Assembly (NCBI GenBank): GCA_951406725.2
Contig: OX597815.1
Span: 38,812,001-38,876,000 of the forward strand
Source of the DNA: Octopus vulgaris
Taxonomy: Eukaryota
Direction: 5' to 3'
Length of the DNA: 64,000 nt
Shown here: positions 54,722 to 64,000 of the stretch, in pieces
How positions within the stretch are numbered: position 1 is the stretch's first letter
How the letters are laid out: each line of letters opens with the position of its first letter
Notes under the pieces: generated by a model
Databases searched by the model: none
What the model saw: the letters and a program-made list of their open reading frames with translations, nothing else
What the model was told of the DNA's origin: nothing
Program-made: the position numbers and the translations under genes

Positions 54722-55133
54722 AAGGCGGCGAGCTGGCAGAAACGTTAGTACGCCGGGTGAAATGCGTAGCCGTATTTTGTCTGCCGTTACGTTCTGAGTT
54801 CAAATTCCGCCGAGGTCGACTTTGCCTTTCATCCTTTCGGGGTCGATAAATTAAGTACCAGTTACGCACTGGGATCGATATAATCGACTTAATCCGTTGG
54901 CCTGCCCTTGTTTGTCCTCTCTGTGTTTAGCCCCTTGTGGGTAGTAAAGAAATAGATATTTCGTCTGCCGTTACGTTCTGTTCAAATTCCATCGAGGTCG
55001 ACTTTGCCATTCATCCTTTCGGGATCAATTAAATAAGTACCAGTTACGCACTGGGGTCGAGGTAATCGACTTAATTCCTTTGAACTTGTTTGTCCCTTCT
55101 GTGTTTAGCCCCCTGTGGGCAATAAAGAAATAA

Positions 55134-55135
<2 letters not shown>
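54722..55135 (+). mobile_element. tRNA-related SINE followed by a tandem partial copy
   Basis: A-box-like AGCTGGCAGAAACG, B box GAGTTCAAATTCC, core GTCGACTTTGCCTTTCATCC; second unit begins near 54955. Confidence 0.88.
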
Positions 55136-55176
<41 letters not shown>

Positions 55177-55404
55177 CCTCTATATATGTGTATATATGTA
55201 CGCATTTATATATGTGTATATATGTACGCATCTATATATGTGGATATATGTATGCATCTATATATGTGTATACATGTAAGCATTTGTATTTGTGTATATA
55301 TGTATGCAATTATAAGTGTACGCATTAATGCATTTATATATGTGTATATATGTATGCGTTTATATGTGTGTATATATGTGTATGTTTGTGTGTATGTTTG
55401 TGTG

Positions 55405-55600
55405 TCTGTGTTTGTCCCCCTAGCATTGCTTGACAACCGATGCTGGTATGTTTACGTCCTCGTCACTTAGCGGTTCGGCAAAAGAGACCGATAGAATAAG
55501 TACTGGGCTTACAAAGAATAAGTCCCGGGGTCGATTTGCTCGACTAAAGGCGGTGCTCCAGCATGGCCGCAGTCAAATGGCTGAAACAAGTAAAAGAGAG
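55405..55600 (+). mobile_element. SINE 3' part ending in taaaagag tail
   Basis: Four dispersed copies in window (20028, 41563, 55405, 59560). Confidence 0.82.
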
Positions 55601-55779
55601 AAAGATATATATATATATTCCTTTTTTATATATCACCACTCGTGTTCGACATCTCCTTTTTTTAAATATATATATATATATATATATGTGTGTGTACGCT
55701 TTTATATATGCGTATATTTGTACGCATTTCTATATGTGTATATATGTATGCATTTATGCAAGTCTATATATGTAAGCAT

Positions 55780-56372
55780 TTAAATAAAAATTCATTATAA
55801 TTATGAGTATAATTATAATTATGGTTCAGCAAAAGATTTGGTTCACCACATACCGAAATTTAGAAATAGCAGCCAAAATTAGTTATTTCTCTACCATAAG
55901 AAAATTTCCTAGACAATAATACTCAACAACTCGATAACACACATGGGTAGTTGAGGGAGAATACGAGATCTCATTCGTCTGTTTGAATTCGGAGATACTG
56001 GTCATTGGATGTAGTTTGTCTGATGTCGCTAGGTCAGATAAGGTATGCTCAATTTTTTACAGTGCCCTCAAATTTAAAATCTTGAAATACTGTACTGAAG
56101 AGCGAGAATGATAGAATAGAAATGTGTTTTTTTACATTTTTCATAACTATCTAACTCCGAAACGCGTCTACAGTTAATCTAAGCCGAGTGAATTCGTTAT
56201 TTTTTCTCTTTGCCTACGTGGGTTGTTGAGTATTGTTGTCTGGGAGATTTTATTATGGTAGAGAAATAGCTAGTTTTGGCTGCTATTTCTAAATTTCGGT
56301 ATGTGGTGAACCAAATCTTTTGCTGAACCATAATTATAATTATATTCATAATTATAATGAATTTTTATTTAA
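55780..56372 (+). mobile_element. 593-bp fold-back element with 153-bp inverted arms enclosing an intact hammerhead
   Basis: Arms 55780-55932 and 56220-56372 differ at 8 positions by my count; further G-U-rich pairing inside. Confidence 0.9.
56089..56174 (+). ncRNA. Type I hammerhead ribozyme, intact core, short palindromic stem III
   Basis: actgta-CTGAAGA-g(c)gag..gatag..ctatc..ctcc-GAAAC-gc-GTC-tacagt; predicted cleavage after C56168. Confidence 0.88.
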
Positions 56373-56804
56373 GTTTACCGATAATCGCTACATGCTGAAC
56401 TACTTGGCATAATTATTAATTATTAATTAATTAATTAATTTTACCCTTTATCATTATTGATGATATGTAAGCAATTATATAAGTATGTATATGTATGTAT
56501 TTATATACGTGTATATATGTGTATATATGTACGCATTTATATGTGTATATACGTATGCCTCTATATATGTGTATGTATGTATGTATACATCTATATATGC
56601 ACATATATGTATACATCTATATATGTATACATATGTATGCATCTACATATATGTATATATGTATGCATTTATATAAGCGTATATATGTATGCATTTATAT
56701 ATGTGCGTATATGTACTTATAGATGTTTCAGTACATGTGTATAGGTATGGTCCAGTGTATGGGCGTCTTTCTGTATATATACGAAGATATGCATCCGTCA
56801 ACAT

Positions 56805-56874
<70 letters not shown>

Positions 56875-57146
56875 GCACACACACAGACACACGCTGTTAT
56901 ATGTCATGCCTTCGCAGGTCATTCCCCTCCGCACCTTTCGTTCTGAAAATTGTAAATCGTCAATCCTTATGTACAAAACTCTTTATTGACCCTCATGAAA
57001 ACTTTTCTGTTTCTCATTTTCATTCTTTTCATTTTGTCTTTCTCTCATTGTCTTTGATTTTGTCACTTTCACTCTATTACTATGGACGGAACATATTTTT
57101 TACTTGTTTTCATTTTATTTTTTGTATAGGCGTTCTTCATATACCT

Positions 57147-57354
57147 AGCTGGCAGAAACGTTAGCACGCCGGGCGAAATGCGTAGCCGTATTTCGTCTGT
57201 CGTTACGTTCTGGGTTCAAATTCTGCCGAGGTCGACTTTGCCTTTCATCTTTTCGGGGTCGATAAATTAAGTACCAGTTACGCACTGAGGTCAATATAAT
57301 CGACTTTATCCGTTTGTCTGTCCTTGTTTGTCCTCTCTGTGTTTAACCCCTTGT
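57147..57354 (+). mobile_element. SINE (family of 54722)
   Basis: Colinear with 54731-54938. Confidence 0.88.
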
Positions 57355-57357
57355 TAA

Positions 57358-57452
57358 CTGTGTCTTGCTCAAGAACACAACACGCTGCCCGGTCAGGGAA
57401 TCGAACTCACAACCTCACGATCGTAAGCTTGACGCTCTAACCACTGAGCCAT
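57358..57452 (-). mobile_element. tRNA head of a SINE (related to 22320)
   Basis: Minus strand TGGCTCAGTGGTTAGAGCG..GAGTTCGATTCCC followed by gtgttcttgagcaagacac. Confidence 0.8.
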
Positions 57453-57559
57453 AATAATAATAATGATTTCAAATTTTTGCCAAAAGGGTAGCTTGGGGTG
57501 GGGGAGGATTGTCTCTTCCCCAACTTCCTCATTTATCAACTCTCTTCACCGTTCTTTTA

Positions 57560-59405
57560 TACTTTGAAATGGACTTTGACTCCGGCATTAAAATGTTTAG
57601 TTGACTTTTTTTTGTATTTTCTCTATGTTTTTTTTCTTTTGGTGACAATTTTTCGGAGATCAATTTAAACTTTCGAGCGACTTGGGGAGGTCCCATAAGT
57701 CAAACAACTTCAACCAGTCCGTGCGACGAAAACTTTTGCTCTACATATTTTTCATCGAAATGTGATATCACTCCACATTTCACGTACGAAGTGTAGTTTT
57801 TCACCTGTCACAATTGTTGATGTTTTTCTTATCGTAGGCTTCCCACTTCTTTTCCACGTATCGAGATGTCGCTACCAGTATCTAGTTGTAATTTAATATT
57901 CATTTCGTTTACTTTAACATGTACAAATTTCCTCTTTTTGGTGTCGCTTTTACTTTCCGTTGAGAAGACTTTAGAAATTTTTATGTTCGACCTTCCTAAC
58001 TTTGCTCTGCAATGTGAGCTCTTGTGTCCTACAACTGTTTTGAAAGGACAATCCTTCCTGAAATGTAGGGCTCCACATCCGTAGCATGGGTCTGGTCTTA
58101 ACATTTTTTTCTTTGTTCATACCTTCCCGGTCGACACGCTTATACTCGTCTTCAATATCCTTTAGGTTCTGATGTAAATTTACCATTCTTTGACACTCCT
58201 CTGCAACTTTCATCAGGGTTAAACTTTGGCTCGCTTGTTCAAGTTTTGTGAGAATTCTTGCACGTATCTCCGTATCTTTGTCGTAAAACCTTGTACAAAA
58301 ATGAGGCAATCAATCATACCAGGAGTTAGTTCCTTCAGTTTGAACCTTTCGCACATTCGGTTTATAGTCCCGGCATACGTGACAAAGTTTTCATTCTCTC
58401 TTTTAACTAGATTACAACACTCCCATCTAGTGTTAAATAGGAAACTCTTATCACTGAATATTTTTGATAGTAGTTCGACTGTTTCCTGGAAACAAATTTC
58501 ACTAGTTGTTTTTTTGTTTATTTTTGTTTTTTGGGTGGGGGTAATATGATGATAAAATATTTTGCGTGTTCAGCCAGTGCTAATTTATGTAATAATAGTC
58601 TTATTTTTTGTTGTATGTCCTCGACTTGCAATCTTTCCTGAAGATTTCTTCGTACCTTCTAAAGTACGCTGCAAATGTTATATTCTCCTCTAGGTCATAA
58701 CTGAATCCTGTTATAAAGTTCGATACGCCGTCTGGCGAAAACGAATTTATAGTGTTTCCGGATTTCTTAAGATAGTTCCATTAACTCCATTTTGGTTTTT
58801 CTTGTTGCAGAAGTTGTTATCTCTGCTTTTCCTGCTGTTGTTCTTGTTGTTGCTTTTGCAATTGTATTATAGAAGCTAATAGGGCTTCCATCATTAACAA
58901 CTTTGTATCACAAAAAATTGTTAACCGACCTGCGTAAGCTTCGAATCCTCGTCGCCAATATTGTAACGTAGCTACTCGTCGCCAATTATTGTAGTATCTC
59001 TACTATTTATGACGATACTTGTTTACAATATAACCGTGTGGTAACAAGAAAATATATAACGAAAGAGGGTAACAACAACGTAACAATCCAACAAACTCTC
59101 CGCGAACTATACACGAACCAACAAACGATATTCCGACAAACTACCAAAACGTCACCTTACAACTTCCTGCAATTAACATCTACTCTCTCTCTCTTTCTAA
59201 GACCGCTACTACTTGTAGTCGTTCGGATAAGTTTGTTCTCGCAGAGGGTGTCGCGACTCTCGCCACAACACTTCCCGACTACATGGTTCCAGGTTTAGCC
59301 CCACTACTTGACAAACTTCGAAAAGTTACTTCCACTATAGTCTCTGGCCGTCCAAAACCTTATAAGTCGGTTTCGTTGTTAGATGGAAACTCAAAGAAGC
59401 CTGTC
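57560..59405 (-). mobile_element. Gypsy LTR-retrotransposon 5' part: LTR, PBS, gag, protease (decayed)
   Basis: LTR ending ..ACA at 58990, PBS TGGCGACGAG, zinc knuckle CYGCGALHFRKDCPF, protease LQLDTGSDISI; outer LTR boundary uncertain. Confidence 0.85.
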
Positions 59406-59559
59406 GTATAGATAAATAGATAGATAGATAGATAGATAGATACATACATACATACATACATACATACATACATACATACATACATGCATACATGCATACA
59501 TACATACATACATACATACATACATACATACATACATAAATGTATATGTGTCTATGTGT

Positions 59560-59745
59560 GTGTATGTTTGTCCTCTACTTGACAGCCAGTATTGGTGCGT
59601 TTACGTCCCTATAAATTAGTGATTCGGCAAAAGAGATTGATAAGATAAGTACCAGGCTTTACAAAAATTCTTGTGGGTCGATTCGTTCAAGTAAAACCTT
59701 TTAATATGGTGCCTTAGCATGGCCACGGTCAAATAACTGAAACTT
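59560..59745 (+). mobile_element. Older SINE copy (family of 55405)
   Basis: Diverged match to 55405-55590. Confidence 0.7.
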
Positions 59746-59984
59746 ATATAAAAGTTTAAAAAATAAAAGTAGCCGTTAATTTTATTATTGTAGATTTTTG
59801 ATATTATTACATATGCATGATTTGTATACAATATCAACGTTAGTAAGTTAGAAGACAGAGAAGAAGAACTAAGGGGAAAGAAACGGGAACACAGAGAACA
59901 AACGTTATGATATTACCATTAGTCTTAAATAAAATGCATAAATTTAGTAGACGAATGATTTGTGTGTATTGGCATGTCTTTGTA

Positions 59985-60252
59985 AGTGAGTGAGTGAGTG
60001 AGGGAGTGAGGGAGGGAATGAGTGAGTGAGTGAGTGAGTTAGTGAGTGAGTGAGTGAGTGAGTAAGTGAGTGAGTGAGGGAGGGAATGAGTCAGTGAGTG
60101 AGTGAGTGAATGAGTAAGTGAGTGAGTGAGTAAATGAGTGAGTAAGTGAGTGAGTGAGTGAGTGAGTGAGGGAGTGAGTGAGTAAGTGAGTGAGTGAGTG
60201 AGTGAGTGAGTGAGTGAGTAAGTGAGTGAGTGAGTGAGTGAGTGAGTGAGTG
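59985..60252. repeat. (GAGT)n microsatellite
   Basis: Read directly. Confidence 0.95.
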
Positions 60253-60892
60253 AGATGGAGATAGAGACACAGAGGCAGAGAGTTAATCAAGCATTTATGG
60301 CATACTACAATACATATTATCACCTAATAAATGGCTTAATTTCACAGACAGCCCCCAACATGTCATTCTTGATGACATATTTAAATACAAGTGACTCAAT
60401 AGCTACTTTATCTTGTCACCTGTCTTTGATTTCCATGAATACCAATTAGCATCACTGCCGACATCTAATTCGCGTTAAATTGATAATATAATTATGGTCA
60501 CTCAAAACAACAAATAGCAGCAATTTTTATATCTGATTCGACTGATCATATTCTCCATTCACATCAAGATTTACTGAAAGAAATTTCAAAAGAAATATCA
60601 GCTTATACCTTAAATTTATTGTCATTCATATACTAAGTTGGAATATTCATACAAGTCTTACTCATTAGTGGTTTTGGGTGTTTGACTATGACTACGGGCA
60701 CGCAAGTGTTTTAAGTCGGTCATATTGACTACAGTAAATAGTTATTTTGTTGAGTTGCTTTTCTTGGTATAATGCTGCTTTTTAACTGGCAGTATTTTAT
60801 TATACATATAAATTCACACACATACACACGCGCGTTCATACACACGTCCACAAACAGACACATACAAACACGTATATATATATATATATACA

Positions 60893-60933
<41 letters not shown>

Positions 60934-60976
60934 GTGTATATATATATGTATATATATGTGTGTATGTATATGTATC

Positions 60977-61027
<51 letters not shown>

Positions 61028-61541
61028 GTATATATATAACTCAAAAAAAGTTAGAGGTTGTGAATCCAACCAACTAAGGGATAATATCTATCCAATATAC
61101 TGCTGGTAGAATATCATATATTATATGTAAAGCATAATATGTTATACATGTATGTATATTATTGTAATTGTCATTTTAGTAAATAAATAAGTTGACATAA
61201 TATAATGTCTAAAAGTTGATGAGCCACCTATTGATCCTCTCCATTATCTTATTGCTATATATATACGTATATGCGAGCATCTTCAATTTCTGTCTACCAA
61301 ATTCCACTCACAAATGACTGCTTTCAACTCAAACCTATAGTTGAAGACACTTGCCACGTTACCGCCGCAGTAGAATCGGTCCCAAAAGCGAACTTTTATA
61401 CTTACAGACATTTCTGTGTCTGTGGACAAATATTAAAAATATTTTTAATTAAATTAATAGAAAAATATAATTATTCTACAGTATTTCTGTATGATTCACG
61501 TGTTAGACTGTTCTACTTCTACTGTTCCATTCTCTAGAATA

Positions 61542-61600
<59 letters not shown>

Positions 61601-63296
61601 CTTTTCTCGAGATGAAAGTTTGAATCCTGTTAACGTTTAGTATCTTCTATTGAATTTCTAAAAGCGAGTATTTTGCTCTCCTATTACCTGGATCAATTTT
61701 CAATGGAAACCAAGATGTAAGGGTTCAATTGTAATTTAAGTTTAACTTTATATATTGTTTCTTTACCCATCTTTCGTAGACACCCATCTTAATATCTTTG
61801 TATCTCATCGATACTGCTCACGAACAATTTATACATATATCATTAATGATTTTTAACGCCACCACCTGATCCCTGGATGCTTTTCGTGAAGTTCACTCTA
61901 TTGCTAACTTCCGTGCCTGGGCTCTGGTTTGAGAATACCTACCCCTCTCTCACTTGGCAGTGTGCCTCTCTCACCTGAATAAACGACTGTGAACGAAAAG
62001 ACGAAATCTATGTATGTTTTGGTTGGTGTATCTGATAAACGAAATAAAATAGGAGTAAGCAAAGATAATTCCGTACAGCAAGCTGGTTACATCGAGTAAA
62101 ATATTACATAATTTTTATCCAGAAAGCATTCAATATTCTATATAAATCATAGGAGTAAAGACAAAGGAGTAAAGAGAGACTCTTTTATCTACCCAGCTTG
62201 GAGTGTTCAGTAACATTACATACTGTTCATCGGAAATTTTCACTCACACTCTTGAAGATTGTATTGGCAGAGAATGGGAATGATATCTTTTATTCGGCAG
62301 AACCATATATCCACGGCCCCCTTTCAAGCAAAAGCCAAAAGATGTTTATAATCAAAAATAGAAACGAGCATCTTTGTAATGTTAATAAGAGGGAAATGTT
62401 AAATCTCATTCAGAATAAAGAATTAAAGTTCGAATAGTTTGTCACAATTTCTGTGAAGTTAGTGAAATTTAGATGTTTATGGAAAGTATTTCACCAGTTG
62501 ATGGACATAGATAATTAAACGTCCTTATTCAAATCAGGTCCAAATAATGTAATGGTAGACGAAGATTCACCACTCGAAGAATGTTGGCGACAAATTTACC
62601 TGGTCAAACACAACTTCACGTTAATTGGCAATGAAAATCACCTCCAACGCAACTATCACAAAGCACGTAAGCTTCTGTTGTAATGATTGAAGAAACGTCT
62701 GTCACATAGGTAATATCTATTTGGTTGAAGAAATTTGCTTTATAATTTGTTGGTTCTGGGCTATATTCCGCTGTTTGTCATCATTTTCTTCGACTATAGG
62801 CTTGATTTTCCCGATTTTTGTGGTTAGGACTCAGCGAACGAGAATTACACTAGACCACAAAAATATACACATGCATATATGTGTGTGGAATGGTGAATGT
62901 ATCTTCGTATGTATGTGTGCATATGTGTATGTATGTGTTTAAAAAAACCAAGCAGCTTTTCTTTCAAAAACGGTATATCAAAGACACTCATGTTTTCGTC
63001 TTTGATCATTATATTAAAGGTTACTTCTTTTCTAGTCATTCCTTTACTTTGAAACAATAGCGTTCCTAAATCTATGAGAACATTAATGATTAAGGATAAG
63101 CTGCAATCCAATCTCTAAACAGAAGTAATTCTAATAATGGTGTATTCGTGTATTTAGGAGTAGGTTAAAATGATCATGAAAATATTATAAGTGATAAATT
63201 CATCACTGTCAGATGTATCCATGTGCAAGCACACATACGCAGGTATATACAAGCGCACACACATACACGTATATACATATATATATACATATATAC

Positions 63297-63368
<72 letters not shown>

Positions 63369-64000
63369 ACACATTCAGTAGTATGATATAGGCGTTGAAA
63401 GAAGGAGGAATAAGCAATCCCCAGATAACATGAAGCATTACTGCTAAAATCAGAAAACATATTAACGAACAAGCAATATCTTACACTTCGGCATTTCAAA
63501 TAAGGACCACCACCCACTCTGCCGATCCTATCTGGATAAGTTTTTTCTCTGAACGTGAACATTAAATATATACAACATACGAACTCCATACATAGAGGTC
63601 ACATCCCACATGATGAACGCCCTCAACCCAGAAACATGCGAACATTACACATACCCAGGCTATAACATTATATAAACAACCAACCATTCGGCACACGCTT
63701 TTCCAATAGTCAAACCCAAGGGAGATAATCATCCAAAGCCGCCCCCTTTGATTTTTTGTCTTGCTTGCCAAACATTTTCGTATATATATCATGAATTCCA
63801 TGGAATGTTCGAGTTTTCATCCAAAACGGATACGAACACTATCGCTCCATGTGATCGGCTAGAAAAATTATTAAGACATTTCTTTAACATGAAACTAATG
63901 GTAACTTTAGTACACAAATTAAGAAATTTTATGCAGTACTGAGCATCCATTTTCTTTGTTCGACATTTACGTATATATATATATATATATATATATATAT

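Noticed and set aside
61985-62020. ctgtga..gaaa hammerhead-like string
   Set aside because: Core lacks a base and stems I and III do not pair

Overview
AT-rich, microsatellite-saturated eukaryotic non-coding DNA. The tRNA-derived SINE families and simple-repeat load suggest a cephalopod (Octopus-like) genome, which is an inference. No intact host protein-coding gene is recognisable, and nearly all listed ORFs are microsatellite read-throughs. The window is mostly decayed transposons: one almost intact IR/DR Tc1 (DD34E, single premature stop), three decayed mariners, two copies of an 8-bp-TSD MITE with internal TTAGGG repeats, RTE, CR1-like, L1/Tx1 and R4-like LINE fragments, two Gypsy fragments, many SINEs, and at least six Penelope-like (RT/GIY-YIG) fragments. 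The most striking signal is about 14 type I hammerhead-ribozyme-like motifs, most with minimal palindromic stem III. Several sit inside long fold-back elements whose arm differences are mostly G-U compatible on one strand, the ribozyme strand where a motif is present. One tandem pair has cross-complementary stem I arms, suggesting a strand-swapped dimer. Together these point to a family of non-autonomous, RNA-structured, hammerhead-bearing Penelope derivatives (retrozyme-like). All alignments and folds were done by eye and boundaries are approximate.
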